Shown: positions 21,830 to 35,401, counted from the first letter of the whole stretch. The stretch: 63,132 nucleotides of DNA, filler included, from Rhabdomonas costata (GCA_019059605.1; 54 parts of 54 records of this genome joined end to end with filler, not necessarily neighbours in it); one strand, 5' to 3'. Translations and numbers: made by a program. The notes: generated by a model from the sequence alone, not told the origin.

Positions 21830-22145
21830 ATTGCTGACACTGCAGAGGCTGTTTTTGTTGCCCCCTACACTCCACGAGCCTCCGCTTCTTCTGCGGAACT
21901 ACCAACGCCTTCATCACAGCTGGTGTGCCTGGAATCTGAAGAACGTGACTGCGACCTCCCGTCAGTGCCATCATCAGCTTCAAGGGCTCTACCAAATGGA
22001 AGCTCTCTCGTAGATCACGAAGCTAGCGTTCATTCACACGGAATCGATGACCACCAATTCATGCGGATGGTTCCACACTCCACGGAGAGCTTCCGCAACG
22101 GCCTGTGTTAGACCGAGTTCCCCGCTCTCCGCTGAACTGTACCCA
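21830..22145 (-). pseudogene. Possible decayed RNase H of a non-LTR retrotransposon
   Basis: Stop-interrupted frame SSAESGELGLTQAVAEAL...ELVVIDS...VTFFRFQAHQ...GN recalls the RNase H E, DS, xAH and GN motifs. Confidence 0.3.
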
Positions 22146-22251
22146 CACCCCNNNNNNNNNNNNNNNNNNNNNNNNNNNNNNNNNNNNNNNNNNNNTTAAT
22201 TAATTAANNNNNNNNNNNNNNNNNNNNNNNNNNNNNNNNNNNNNNNNNNNN

Positions 22252-23132
22252 CTTCTACAACACGCTGTTCCCGTGCGACGGAGCCATGTTTGTTTCGGGT
22301 TCCACTTGTGCCACGTGCAAAACAGCGAAGTACGCGGTTTGAATGGATTTTTCTCTCACTCAATCGACTTGCTTTTTTCTTTTTTCTTGTTCTTTCCTCC
22401 CAGGCCTGCGCGTAGCAAGCACTGCAAGCTGTGTAACCAGTGCGTCGCTAAGTTCGACCATCACTGTGCATGGATCAACGGTGACGTTGGCCTCCAGAAC
22501 TACCGGTAGCGAGCGGAGTTCTGTCTTTTTTCTGTTCGACACCTGCTTTGTTCCGATTGTTGCCAAACCGAACCACAAGTGCGGAGAGAAAATGTGAACC
22601 TTGTGGATTTCTGTCCTCTGCTCTAATTTCAACAAGAAAAGAACTACTCCACCACCGCCTTAAATCTCATTTCGGGTTGAGCGAAATAAAATCTCTGGTT
22701 GAATGTTTGGTTGTCAGGTTCTTTTTGCTCTTCTTATGGTGCAACCTCGCCATGTGCTTCTACGGCGGGTACATCTGCATGTTGGTCTTTATCCACATGA
22801 TCCGAGGTACGTATCGAGGATTTCGAGTTGTCTACATCTCTTTAGTGTGGTGGTTGCTCCCGAATTTCGACTCAAACTTGCGTGTAAGTGAAAATAATGG
22901 AGCAAAAAGGGCTGTAAGCTGAGAGGGTGAGAGCAAGCTTGAGGTCATGAGTGAGGCAGAGCCGATTGATGCGGCTAAGATGGCGAGGAATTCACATGGA
23001 TCTCACCCCGCACATGCCTCACTTTCGGCCTACACGCGCGTCTGCCATTTTTCAGACAATAAACTGCGAGACGTGGAATTCGTGTTTTCGGACGGAACCC
23101 GCTCTCCCTCTTCTGGGACTCTCATAGTCGTG
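22252..23132 (+). CDS. DHHC palmitoyltransferase (Swf1/ZDHHC4-like), exons 22252-22329, 22404-22505, 22718-22806, 23056-23132
   Basis: [48 protein letters not shown]; all introns GT-AG and in phase. Confidence 0.96.
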
Positions 23133-23690
23133 GTATGAATTCACTTTCTCACGCGTAAACACCTTACATTTTGGGTCCAAGCCATTCAGGAAAAGACCTG
23201 GGCGCTGGCATCGCCACCAAACCCCGCCCTGCAACAGAAACGTACATCGAGGATACTATCCCCGCCCTTAAACACTTTCTTCACCTGGGGAAGCGTACTT
23301 CGCCTCTTGACCCCAACCACNNNNNNNNNNNNNNNNNNNNNNNNNNNNNNNNNNNNNNNNNNNNTTAATTAATTAANNNNNNNNNNNNNNNNNNNNNNNN
23401 NNNNNNNNNNNNNNNNNNNNTTTTTGTGGGGAGGACTCGAGGTCCACTTCCCCCCTGGGCTCCCACCTTTCGATGAGGCATGGGCCCATCGGGCCTCACA
23501 CCCTTGTCAGCCCATGGTACCTTGTCCCGCTGTCTTGTCACGTAGGGTTGGTTTACCCCATGTGATCCCCGACCCACAATGTACGCGGGGCCTTGGGAAC
23601 CCCGATTGGCGCGTTTAGAGATCTCTTTGTGGGTACCCAACCTTCCGCGCTCGTACACTTCCCTTTGGGCGTACACACACACACACACAC

Positions 23691-24115
23691 CTGGGCGCTC
23701 TGGCACTGTAGACTGGCGAGAAGAGCAGTGACCCCCTCACGCTCCGCGCGTGCCGCGGAGATCTCCTCGCGCAGCGCCTGCTCCGTGGCGCTGTTGGCCT
23801 CCAGGGCGGCGCGGTACGTCTTGACTTCGTCCTGCAGCACCAGAAGCTTCACCGTGCGGTGCTCCAGCTGGGCTTTCAGCTCGGCCACGCGCTCGCGGTG
23901 CGCCGCGCTGGCCCGCTCCACTGTAAAAACACCAATCAGCGATTCGGGTGAAAAACGCCGAAAAAAATGCCGAAAAACGGGAACTGCGGCCGAAGTCGCC
24001 CCGAAGGGCAAAATCAACCTCCGGGGGAGGAGTACCAGCACACCCTTGAAGTATGGGTCAGTCCAGCTTGCTGCAAGTCTTGACATAAGACAATAGACAG
24101 ATGTCAGGTCCTCCG
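23691..24115 (-). CDS. Coiled-coil protein, exons ~24115-24044 and 23920-23691
   Basis: VERASAAHRERVAELKAQLEHRTVKLLVLQDEVKTYRAALEA...; TACAG acceptor; donor runs straight into a (GT)n tract. Upstream exon start is approximate. Confidence 0.7.
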
Positions 24116-24596
24116 CTTTGGCTCCAGTTTCAGAAGCCAATGAGAAGCCACCGGTAGTTAGGGTGAAGTTTCGTGCCGGGGAAGGATAATCACGACTTAC
24201 TGTCGTGACAATTTTGAACAAGACTGTTATTCAAACTAAGCACCCTCCAAAAAAATGCAAAAATCCAGTGTCACCTCCCCCCCTCATTTCCCGGGTGTCG
24301 TCTGAGGGCGGTGAAGGGTGGAGAACGGCACCGAAGACCAAACACCTATGTACAGAATACAACATACTGAGCGAGATGGCAACTCAACAGATTACTAGAG
24401 GACCAAAGGGAGCCACCGAAGGAACAAGAGCCGAACCAAGCTTGGGGTCTTTCTTTCTTTTTTGCATATACAGCAGGCCTCCCGAAACGCTGNNNNNNNN
24501 NNNNNNNNNNNNNNNNNNNNNNNNNNNNNNNNNNNNTTAATTAATTAANNNNNNNNNNNNNNNNNNNNNNNNNNNNNNNNNNNNNNNNNNNNTGTG

Positions 24597-24681
24597 GGTT
24601 TTCTTAAGGAGGGGGAACGCACCTGTCGGAAACGTTGTTCCCACTTTTCCGACAGGTGCGTTCCCCCTCCTTAAGAAAACC
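24597..24681. repeat. Perfect 36-bp hairpin (24597-24632 / 24646-24681) at contig start
   Basis: ggttttcttaaggagggggaacgcacctgtcggaaa ... tttccgacaggtgcgttccccctccttaagaaaacc. Confidence 0.95.
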
Positions 24682-24841
24682 TGCCTTTCGAAATTATTGC
24701 TCGATTCTCTTCAAAGTTGACGAATGTCCATCGAATGAAAGCATTGCAGACAAGCAAAGTCGGAAAAAGAAAAACTAACAGAGATGAACGATGCGTTATT
24801 TTATCGTTTCCCGTGTTTGTAACAGCTGAGGTCTGAAAAAT

Positions 24842-24869
24842 TCTCACTTTTTATGTGAAGCGGGCCTTA
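24842..24869 (-). mobile_element. Diverged terminal inverted repeat of the same MITE family
   Basis: tctcactttttatgtgaagcgggcctta matches the reverse complement of the family TIR at 23 of 28 positions. Confidence 0.55.
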
Positions 24870-24956
24870 TTTCTTGCACTTGGAAACACCATTCAAGCTT
24901 TGTCTGAAATTCAGCGGTGGACACACCGGCACACGGCGATCGAACGAGAGGATCAG

Positions 24957-25233
24957 TCAGGGAATCTTTGCCGTTGTCCACGTCCCACAAGCTGGACAGC
25001 AAATTTGGGGTGGGCTCGTCGCTGGGTTCACGGCCACGCAAGAGTCAGGGTCGTCCAGAGAGGGACAGATCACCCATCCCATTCCGGGAAGCCATAACCA
25101 AAGCTCCGACGTGGTCTTGTTGTAGAGCGGCCGGCCGTTCTGCAGCCCGGAGGCGATGAATCGGCCATTACAATGGTGGCGCGGTGTGTCGTCGGAAACA
25201 GAGAAGAGAGGGAAAGTATGTGAATGCAACCAT
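24957..25233 (-). CDS. Terminal exon with an NG-x-F...NGRPLY...W repeat-like domain
   Basis: CNGRFIASGLQNGRPLYNKTTSELWLWLPGMGWVICPSL; ACAG acceptor; open to a stop. Confidence 0.55.
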
Positions 25234-26041
25234 CTGTTATCATATACAGTTCGCAGAGTTTAGGAATTGCTGACGTCCCAGATTCTATACAGTGAACATA
25301 ATTCGAACGGAAATAACGGGAGGGGGAAGAGCGCATTCGTCGACGGGAGTAGAAAAAAGGCTCAGTGACTGCAAACCACAGGCGGTAACCAATAGCCTTT
25401 GAAGGTTGGGGATGATGAAGCCGACGGTGGCAAAGGGGGCAAAAACATGCTGTAATTAAGACCCGTTCAACTGGCGGCTTGCTCTCAGACGGTTTGCACC
25501 TCTACGGCAGGTAAGTCCACAAGGAGCAGTTGCTTAACATGTTACAGGGACATTGACACAAAAGTGCTCTTCCAATCGGACAAAGTGAGTGACAAAGTTC
25601 TCCAGTCCTTCTACAAGACAATCCGAGAGGCAATCCGTTCAAGCGGTAACTACCCAACCCCCCNNNNNNNNNNNNNNNNNNNNNNNNNNNNNNNNNNNNN
25701 NNNNNNNTTAATTAATTAANNNNNNNNNNNNNNNNNNNNNNNNNNNNNNNNNNNNNNNNNNNNTGTTTTGCTTTGGTTCGCGTCCGTTGCTTCTCCTCGT
25801 CCGTGGCAGGCGTCTCTCTCTCAATCGAAAATGCACTTGCAGGTCGCAAACGTGCTCTGACAGAAGCCTGCTGGGGCTTTCCATACTGTGGTTTTCACTC
25901 CTTTGAGCGCGATGCAAGCTGCCAATCACTCACTCATCTATCCCTGCAAGCACAATCATTCACTCTCACACTGACACCCGGCCGTGCTGGTTTTATTTTT
26001 ATCCATGTTTGCGTACGGGTTTTCTTCCTCTGGTGCCACAG

Positions 26042-26149
26042 GGTGCGACACAAGCAGCCCAGGATGCCGCTGGGGATCAGAAGAAGTTCCTCCTGGAGGC
26101 CGCCATTGTGCGCGTGATGAAGGCCCGGAAGAGCTTGGACCTCAACTCG
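26042..26149 (+). CDS. Cullin C-terminal neddylation-domain exon
   Basis: DQKKFLLEAAIVRVMKARKSL, the cullin AAIVRIMKxRK motif with the neddylated Lys; ACAG|...|GTTTCG. Confidence 0.92.
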
Positions 26150-29100
26150 GTTTCGTGCCACTTCCTTTGCTTTCTTCACCACACTGCAAGGCCGCAGGAT
26201 GCAGGCCCATACTCCGGGTTTCTGAGTTTTCGGAAAAAGAAAGGGCCCTGTGCAGCTGGCAATTGAGTCACTGCGTTTGTCAAACTGGACATGGAGCCCA
26301 GGACAGCCATTCGCAGATCCAAACACGGGGGGTCCACGGGTTTTAGCATGGTTTCTCCACGAAGGTTCCGAGATAAAGCGCCGCTATCGCCAGGGGAGCG
26401 AGCGCCCATTTCAGAGCCCCACCCCTACTTTGAGAATCAGTCCCGAAAATCAAAGGAATTCCCCTCTCTTTATTTAGCTTCTCTCTTTCCCATAATGCCT
26501 GGTTCGAGTGACCCAGACAGCTTTTTCAGGTGACGCGGACAGCAGTGCACTCTTGAGGGATCATAACAGAACGCAAGAATTGGTGGGCACCAATTCGCAT
26601 GTACCCCCGGAATTCGAAGCCGGAATTCATTCAAAGAAAACGGCTGCCAGAATCGCAGAATTCTGTTATGAAACTGAACCCTGCATCACACAACGAGCAA
26701 ACATCTGTTCAGACAGGGATTATCGTTCTTGCAGCAAACAGCAAACAGCAAACGACACCTTCACCCAAACCCTCGTCACTCTTTCCCACAGCCAAACGCT
26801 CCCTCCCATTCGTTGGTCGCCAGATCCCCCCACCNNNNNNNNNNNNNNNNNNNNNNNNNNNNNNNNNNNNNNNNNNNNTTAATTAATTAANNNNNNNNNN
26901 NNNNNNNNNNNNNNNNNNNNNNNNNNNNNNNNNNTTGGGTGTATCGCCTTCTAACCCCCTGCAGACGGCTTTCAGAGCACTCTCCCTCACCAGAACTAAG
27001 CTGCGTGCCTCGCCTCCGAACCGGGGGTATGTTGCTGGAGAGGCTCCGCCCCCCTAAGACCCCGTATGTGGTTCGCCTTCTAACCCGGGTAAGTTGTAGA
27101 GGCGGACCAGGTGGAAGTCGGCCACCAACCAAAACTTGAATCGCCTTGCACGTGTTTAACATGGGGCGCCCGATGTCCCGGTCGACGTGTGTCATAGGAG
27201 GACGTGGTCGAATAGGCTCGATGAAGATCGCCGCGTGGGGCCAGTGGCCATCCGCGGCCCAAGACATCCTGGTGGGAGGGGAGACTATAAATTATATTTG
27301 CGCAAGCGCGCAATCGCTGTACGGTTTCCGGTATATTTCAACATCTAGACACTTTTTACGTTTTCCCGTTCATTTCACTTTTACAGTTTACATACCACTT
27401 TCTTTATATACATTATCAGTATCAAGCGAGCCGGGCTAAGCGAGCCCCCCCCCCGTGGCCGGTTTGCTTTGTTGTGTTTCCACCCTCGCATATATTTGCA
27501 CACACAGGGCCCCGTAAGGTGTGTGTGAGGGTGCGGGTGGGTGATTTCTGTGTCTGTGCTTGTGTGTCCGTGTGCAGGTCTCTAGAAGCACCTTTCCAGC
27601 CCCCACAGACCACAGCGCTGCGATTCTCTGTCTCGGGCCTGGGTGATCTGTGGTCTGGGTGTTTGTTAAGTTGTACCTCCGCCCGAAGTTCCGAATTCGG
27701 GGTGGTCTCCCTTCTCTCTTCCGGGATTCGTGCGAGCGGAAATAGAGACGCGGGCCCTGTTCGTTTGCTTTGCGGATGCCATTTGTTTTTTATTTAAAAA
27801 ACGCTCGCAGTGACTAAGAGCCGGGGTGCGACGACCAAAGCGAACTCTAAAAAAAAACTATTGATATACTACTTAATGGAGAATGGAAGGCGAGACTTTT
27901 AGGGGTGCAAAAAATGGACAGGACAACGAAAGAAGGCAGTTTTCGCACGTTTGCACGTCAAGATTCCAAACAAATCTGTTGCTGACCGAGACTCCCCAAC
28001 ACCACNNNNNNNNNNNNNNNNNNNNNNNNNNNNNNNNNNNNNNNNNNNNTTAATTAATTAANNNNNNNNNNNNNNNNNNNNNNNNNNNNNNNNNNNNNNN
28101 NNNNNTTGGGTGTTGAAATCAGGCTTACGCTGACACTGCGGTTTGCATATCGCGTATTCTTTTTTCATTTGAGAAACCAAACCCGACCGGGGAGGCAAAA
28201 AAAACCCCGGAGATGCTTCGGTTTCACCCTCAATTATCACTAGGAAATAACAAAAAAGAAAAAAACCAACCCCGACGCGAAGGGGTACCGAGGGGTGCGG
28301 CTCTATCGGTGGGGGTTGGGCGATCACCAGGGCGTCCAAGAGAACTGGGGCCAGGCTTCGGCCGGTTAGAGCCGTTGCCCTGAGAAAAACCACAAAACGT
28401 TACTACCAAAAACTGCCCAGGCAAAAGAAGGCACAAACGCGCAATCAACAAATGATAATGTTTTGGCAGAGACAAATCGTTACCAGTGGATGAACAAATG
28501 GCACAAAAATTCCATCTTGCTGAGACAAAATCTGGCATGCTCAGACATCAGAGCGCAGCATCCCAACAACGCCCGATGATGGTCAGTGACCAGATCAATC
28601 ATAAAAAAATTCTCGGTTCAGGAATTTCAAAATTGCCAATTCGCCTTGCCGTTTGTTGAATGTGGAGGCGGTGGGGTTTTGTATCCACTGAGCATGATTC
28701 GGCACTCCCCCCCCCCGCCTGTTTCTCCCATGCATGTCCACATCATCCAATAATTCCCAAAATATTGCATTACAGTTGCCAACTTTAACTTCGGCCGAAA
28801 CATGGTTTCACTGCCTCCATCATACAACAGCCAAATGAGAGCAAAAGGAGAATCAGGGGCACCTTGGCAGGCTTGGAATGCTGGCTTGAATACTTCATCG
28901 AAGAAGCGAGGAGCAGGAGCAGGAGGAGCAGAAGAAGTGATGAGTAATGGGCGGACAGCAAAACTTGTGTCAAACAATCTCTTAGAAGACCAGATACTTT
29001 CGGATTCAGAAAGCAGCGCGCAAAAACAGCAAAAAGGGCTGTGAAAAACCTGAGTGCAAGGGACCGCTGATGCCGAGGTGGGAAAAGCAGTTGGATACTG

Positions 29101-29303
29101 CAAGAGAACTCTCAGGTGGTGCGTGGAAAATTTTGGATGCAATCTTTAAGTCCACCTGGGGGTGCACCCCCCAACCNNNNNNNNNNNNNNNNNNNNNNNN
29201 NNNNNNNNNNNNNNNNNNNNTTAATTAATTAANNNNNNNNNNNNNNNNNNNNNNNNNNNNNNNNNNNNNNNNNNNNGTGTGGGTGTGTTTGGGGTTGGTT
29301 GTC

Positions 29304-29326
29304 GTGTGTGTGTGTGTGTGTGTGTG
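29304..29326 (+). repeat. (GT)n microsatellite
   Basis: About 11 units. Confidence 0.95.
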
Positions 29327-29500
29327 ACAGAAGAGAACAACCTCAGGGTTGCAATAGGAAAAGGGGATTCGGTACTGTGTCCAGAAGTGTATGTGGCAGA
29401 GTGAACCGCCTGCATGTCTGGACGTCACGGAGCGACGAAGCGAGGCAATATATGCGGCCAAAGGTACTGTCTGAAGCAAGGACGAAAGGAAGGCAAAAAG

Positions 29501-29630
29501 GGCGACGTGCCGACGGTGGTCAGTGAGGCCCGTGTCACCAAGTCCAATCGCAGTGGTTTCAAAGCTGCCCTTCCCACAGATAAGCACAGTGTCAACGTCC
29601 AGCATCAAATGCTCACCACGTGGTACAGCG
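29501..29630 (+). CDS. Probable internal exon, unknown protein
   Basis: AAAG|...G|GTAAAT; GDVPTVVSEARVTKSNRSGFKAALPTDKHSVNVQHQMLTTWYS. Confidence 0.4.
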
Positions 29631-31866
29631 GTAAATGAGGTTGGATAAATCAGATCCCAAACGACCCATCACTCAGCTAGTGCATTGGTCCGTTGCCAAC
29701 ACAACCTCACCAATGGCAATTCGCGATGACATTCCTACAAGCCGTCGCTCTTTGGGGCTCTTTGGGGAATGCTGACAGGTTCATCACTTCCTGTAAGGCC
29801 GTGCCGGGGGCGGGGGTCGCTTTCTCTTGTCACTGTTGTTTGCTGCATTCATCTGAATCACCTTACTTAAGTTGTGCACTCACCGAAAAGTCTTGAAGAG
29901 CATGACTCGAATAAAGGATTCCTCCCCATTCGAAACCCCGCCAAATGCTGACTACCGTGAACTTTGTGCCCATATCACGACTGTTTCCCAATCGGCTAAC
30001 GCCGTTGCCACGGACATCTTCACGGGAAACAGCACAAGAAACAGCGCAGGAACAGCTCTCAGTTGCCACTCCACTGCTCACTAAAAGTCGATCTACCAAA
30101 ACAACGTGTCATCTGCAAAAGCTTCGACGGAAAAATCCAATACAAAAGGTTCCCCAGAAGTTCCTTCCGGTAGAAGCATGACAGCGAATCTGGAACTGGT
30201 CCTCTTCTTTTGCTGATGAGCAAGTGCCACCGGCAAACTATATGATGGACACAGCGGCGGCGCGATACTACGACAACGTTAACACAGGGGGCACGTAACA
30301 TTCTGGAAAGCTGGTAAAATGGGCATTTCACAATGCAGTGTCCCCCANNNNNNNNNNNNNNNNNNNNNNNNNNNNNNNNNNNNNNNNNNNNTTAATTAAT
30401 TAANNNNNNNNNNNNNNNNNNNNNNNNNNNNNNNNNNNNNNNNNNNNTTTATTGGAACGTGGGTTAAGGAGTAACGGGAGCGAGTCCGAGAAGGAGGGAG
30501 AGATTTTGATAGGGCCTGCAGGGTACTCTTTTGAGCAGAGCGCAAAAAAAAAGTGCAGTGGCACGAATGACATGGGCCAAGCTTTCCCGTCCCTCCCCCC
30601 CCCTTTTTTTTTCGCTAAGTGCTGTGACCTTTTCGTTCAACTTGAGCAATGTACCATTATTTGTTCGCGCAGCCGCCTGCGGAAGTGCACGCGGGCTGCC
30701 GTCTGCACATTCTCACCATGCTCTTTGCGGCGGAGGTCCACGTCGCCTTGCAATTTCATGGTTTTACGGTTTGTAGTAGACTTCGCGCCATCGTTGCACG
30801 CATCGTCGTGCGCGTGATGAAACATTGTTTTCTCGACGTTTCTGGTATGTATTTTTCCAGTTGACAGTTGCCAATCTTCAGATACGTTTGGGGAGACTTC
30901 CCGCCCACGGGGATCAGTCATGTCTCGGGGGGTGTTGTGAGAGTACCGGTTGCCACCGGCGTGCTGTATGCGTCGGCAACCGTGCACCCAATGGTTTGAC
31001 GGAGGAAGAAGTAGTGAGTGCTACAAACCGCTGCTTTCGCCAAGGCGCTATGTTTGCTACTCCCAAAAGCTCCATCCTTTAATTCTGACGTCGCAAGCCA
31101 GGCGAAAGGATTTCGCTGTGTGCACTTTTGTTTCAGTTGTCTGCAATGAAACTCTGCAAACCTGTGTTTGGGCCGATGTGTTTCGTGATTCAGCTTACCA
31201 AAGAGTACATGTGTCGACGACAACTGTCCCTAAGTCAAAGAAGAAGACGTTTCTGGCATTCACTAGATCCAAAAAGTTGTCTGTGCCATATGCATCGTTG
31301 AGGAAATAGTCAGTTCCCAACCACCAAAAAAACGTTCTGCTATTCACAGCTCTCATTTTGTCTCATTTTTTTCTTCTGTATCGTCGAGGAACTGCTGTCA
31401 TTACCATCGACAAAGGCCCCGCTCTTTTTTTAACCTGAGATGCCCACTTCCATTGAAACCGCCGTTCCTTGCGCCTCGAGCATTCCCACGGCACGGCGCA
31501 CCGTAACCCACCAACCCCNNNNNNNNNNNNNNNNNNNNNNNNNNNNNNNNNNNNNNNNNNNNTTAATTAATTAANNNNNNNNNNNNNNNNNNNNNNNNNN
31601 NNNNNNNNNNNNNNNNNNTTTTGTGGTGAACTTTCAAGCTGATTGTGTGTGTGCGTATGTTGTGTGTGTGTGCTGAGTGCATAACGTGCCAGCTGAAATG
31701 GAGCGGATGATATTACTTTGGACAATCCCTTGTGTTATGCGCTGTGCTGGTTAGCTGCGTATGTGCCCGGAGTCAGCTGGCCGGTGTGACGCACGCGTGT
31801 GGGTGTGCGCAAATGTGTGAGAAGCATCCCCTTTGAGAAAAATGGTGCCACCCTACACGGCCACAC

Positions 31867-32037
31867 CCTGCGGTGGAAGTAGGTGCGGTGGAAGTCCTTG
31901 ATGATGGCGCGGTGGACCATTAGCCCGTACAGGGCTCCCGCCAGAGCGGCCAGGGACATCGTCACGCTGCCCAGGACGTTCATCGCGATCTGCGCCAAGG
32001 CGTCCCCCATGGCCCGCCCGGTGTCCCCGTTCACCAC
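31867..32037 (-). CDS. Membrane-protein exon, possibly ABC transporter (ABCD-type) transmembrane domain
   Basis: 57 GC-rich codons, VVNGDTGRAMGDALAQIAMNVLGSVTMSLAALAGALYGLMVHRAIIKDFHRTYFHRR, with AG/GT ends; family guessed from the H-x-x-Y-F ending. Confidence 0.55.
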
Positions 32038-33974
32038 CTGTCGCGAATGTGAAGAAAGAGGCATCATGACAGTGGCCAGAGCAGCGATGGCGGTGGTGTG
32101 GGTGCAGGCGGTGCGATGGCAGCATTGGAACGATCATGCAGTAACAGACGTGATCGCCATGAAGTTGACGATGGGGAGTATTGAGAATGAGAGCAAAGGG
32201 TGGTCAAAGGGCAGGGGTTGCAAAAGTGTACCCGAGGTCACAATTACATCAGATAAAAAACAAACGGGGGTTGGAATTGGTGCAGAGGCATGGAAATTGA
32301 ACGGCAACATTTAAAACGGTTTCGAGAAGCATGGGAGAATAATCCAGAAAAGACTTCCAAAAATGGCAAGGAGTATAAAAACAGTGCCTTGTCAGGGCCA
32401 AAAACATGGCGATCCGTGCCGACAATCCGAGGACCAGTGTCAGTTACCGCGTTGACTGACTATTTTTTTTATCTTCTGTAGCATGTCGCTTTTTCTCTGA
32501 TAGCATTTGCTAACAGGGCAACAGCGTTCTCGGAAGGGAAGTTGCTGCAAATATTCTCCCCCACTCGTTCAGTTATGGAAAGTGGTGGAGATCATCTCAA
32601 AAGCTACAAAAGAAAAACAGAGCACACCTCCTTGATGATCTTGGAAGTGCCGAACCACTTGAAGATCATAATCTGCAACCAACACCCCCNNNNNNNNNNN
32701 NNNNNNNNNNNNNNNNNNNNNNNNNNNNNNNNNTTAATTAATTAANNNNNNNNNNNNNNNNNNNNNNNNNNNNNNNNNNNNNNNNNNNNTGTGTGTTGTG
32801 CTCGATGCCGCAGAGGTGGGCCTCGTGGGAGGTGGTGGGGTTTCGCATGCTGCAGTGGGCCTCGTGGGTGGTGCACAGGGAGGCCAGGGCCGGGGGCAGC
32901 TTGGCTTTCAAAGAGGCCGCCATTCTGCAAAGCATTCGTCGCTGCGCACCCCAAAAGGGGTTCCAGTGGGTGAGTTAGGTGCGTTCCTTCTGTCATCGGA
33001 ATGCAATACAAACGATCGCCCAGTGTCTTTCCACTGTCTCTTTGGTGTTTGCTTCCTCGCGCCCTCACATACCAGCTTCACCCAGGATTCATAATTTTCT
33101 TCTTATTAGATTCCTGTTCTCTTAATTTTCAGAGTTTCTGTTGTGTGTGCGACGGATGTCGCGTTTTCAGGACATTTTTCTTGACCCTGTGAAGGGATGC
33201 AGCAAACCTGAAAAAGGATTACACCACTGAAGCTAAATAAATCGCTCCACATCCGCAAAATGATTTAACCACTCTTTCCAAGAAGCCTCAACCACAACGT
33301 CTATCGACGTTCAAACATGCGAACGTCAGTTTAACCTTTAGCAGAATGTTAAAATTTGCATTGCAACATAGCGCATCACACTGCCAGCTGGACCCCCACA
33401 AGAGTGAAACTTAGGCTCATAATCGGGTCGAAGCCAGCTTCCAGAATCGAGAGTCGATTGAACACAGACTCTAATGGAATTGAGTGCAGACTGGGAAGTG
33501 GTGCCAGCTTTTGACGCTTTTGACAATAGTGCAAAGGCATGTGCATAGCAACGGCCACAGTAATGGTGAGCATAAGGCAGCACTTTTTGAAATACCGGTT
33601 TCGGTCCAGAAAGCTGCTCAAGGCTTCGATACAGAAGGCTTCTCATTTTACACCCCCCAGGCCGAAGACAAAAACAAACCCACTCTGCTCGGGGAGACGG
33701 CCTCAATGGTGACCGTTCCCCTCCATTCTCCGTAATTCTCCAGCAATCAGAAGTTCAGCTAAGCAATGAGAATAGCTATATACCTCTGGAGACGACTCAA
33801 CCCTTGCGCATGGACAAAAACACATACACACGCACCCCCCCCCCGCATACACCACCAACNNNNNNNNNNNNNNNNNNNNNNNNNNNNNNNNNNNNNNNNN
33901 NNNTTAATTAATTAANNNNNNNNNNNNNNNNNNNNNNNNNNNNNNNNNNNNNNNNNNNNGTGGTTGTGGCGGCC

Positions 33975-35030
33975 CTCCGCGGCCGCGGTGAGGGCCGCCA
34001 CAACGCTGTTGTACAGCGCACGGACCTCCGTGAAGCGGGAGATGATCCCAGAGAGCTTCCGGTCCGCCGCCGTCTCCGTGGGGAGGTCGCTGGTGCTGCC
34101 GTTGCTCAGCAGGGTCTGCCGCAGGTGAGCGATGTGCTTGGTCAGGATCCGCAAGGGTTGGGTCAGCAGGGTGTGCATCATCAGCACCAGAGCAAACAGA
34201 AAGGCAACTAGGATGGAGGCCGCCACCGCCCCAGCAACACCGTTCTGGTGCCAGATACGCGAGTAGTAGTCCGAGTCCGGGAGCACCACGACCAGCTTCC
34301 ACCGCAGGCCCCTGGCCTGGGCCGTCGGGAGCATGAGCTGAGCACACGAGCACAAAAGCAACAACAAAAACAAAAACAAAAACAGCGCACCTTCAGCTCA
34401 GCACTCCTCGAATGGTCAGATGTCAGGCCCAATGCTCAAAGCTCTCACGGAAGACCTAACCACGAGCAACTCTTGTTACTCACACACCCACTAAAAGCAG
34501 GTCCACTGTATCTCCACGCTCCACGCATAGTGAGGATTTTGGTCATCAATACTCTTGTGCCCCTTCCAAAATACACAAAATACACAGCACCGAAACGCGT
34601 GAAACACTGTAAATATTCAAGCACCCCATCACAAGCATCGCGACAAGCGAATCCCCGAAACTTCTCATCCGTCTCCTGACACGCTAACAGGCCCCAGCCT
34701 GTACCTGGAGAACTGCAGAATCTCCAAACGTCCGGAAGTGCTTGTGCTGCACATCATAGCACGAGGGGTTGCCCAGCACCATGGCCTGGGCCTCCGCGAT
34801 ATCCGCGGCAAGTGTGGAGGGGCTGGCTGTCGCCGAGGCGATCGCCACCCCGGACACCTCCTCCACCAGCAGCATCATTCCAGAGCTCTTCAGCTCCTTG
34901 TGCGCAGCGGTGAGCTGGTCGGACAGCGCGGAGAAAGGGTACGCCAAGGAGAGCACCCCCGCAACTGTCGCATTGGGGTACCGAACTACAGAGGACAGGG
35001 TCACCATTTCCGAGGACACCAGCGGGGGGG
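33975..35030 (-). CDS. Membrane receptor: Cache-like sensor, TM and HAMP-like region (exons 35030-34705, 34337-~33975)
   Basis: GVLSLAYPFSALSDQL...MLLVEEVSGVAIASA...GLRWKLVVVLPDSDYY, TM helix, LTQPLRIL...SRFTEVRAL. Confidence 0.85.
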
Positions 35031-35401
35031 NNNNNNNNNNNNNNNNNNNNNNNNNNNNNNNNNNNNNNNNNNNNTTAATTAATTAANNNNNNNNNNNNNN
35101 NNNNNNNNNNNNNNNNNNNNNNNNNNNNNNTCACGAAGTGGGTGCCACCTTTGCTCCCATGCCATTCCCACACCTTGTTCCACAAACGAATAAAGAGCAG
35201 TGTTTAACAAAAAACACGCAGCAAGACACCACAACAGCTGCAAATTGAAGCACAACAAGTCCAGTAAAATCAAGAATGTAGCAAACGCTGCTGAGGCCAA
35301 GATTCGATGATGCGCCGCCCATAGCATGGAACAAGACCGCGGCACAATACATCTGAAAAGCAACAGGCGGACAGGAAGGAGAAATCACTTCAGCTGTGTG
35401 G

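Noticed and set aside
25190-25236. Euglenid nonconventional intron 3' end (CTGtttcc|G)
   Set aside because: A conventional AG at 25235-25234 gives an open frame, and the candidate 5' partner puts a stop in frame.
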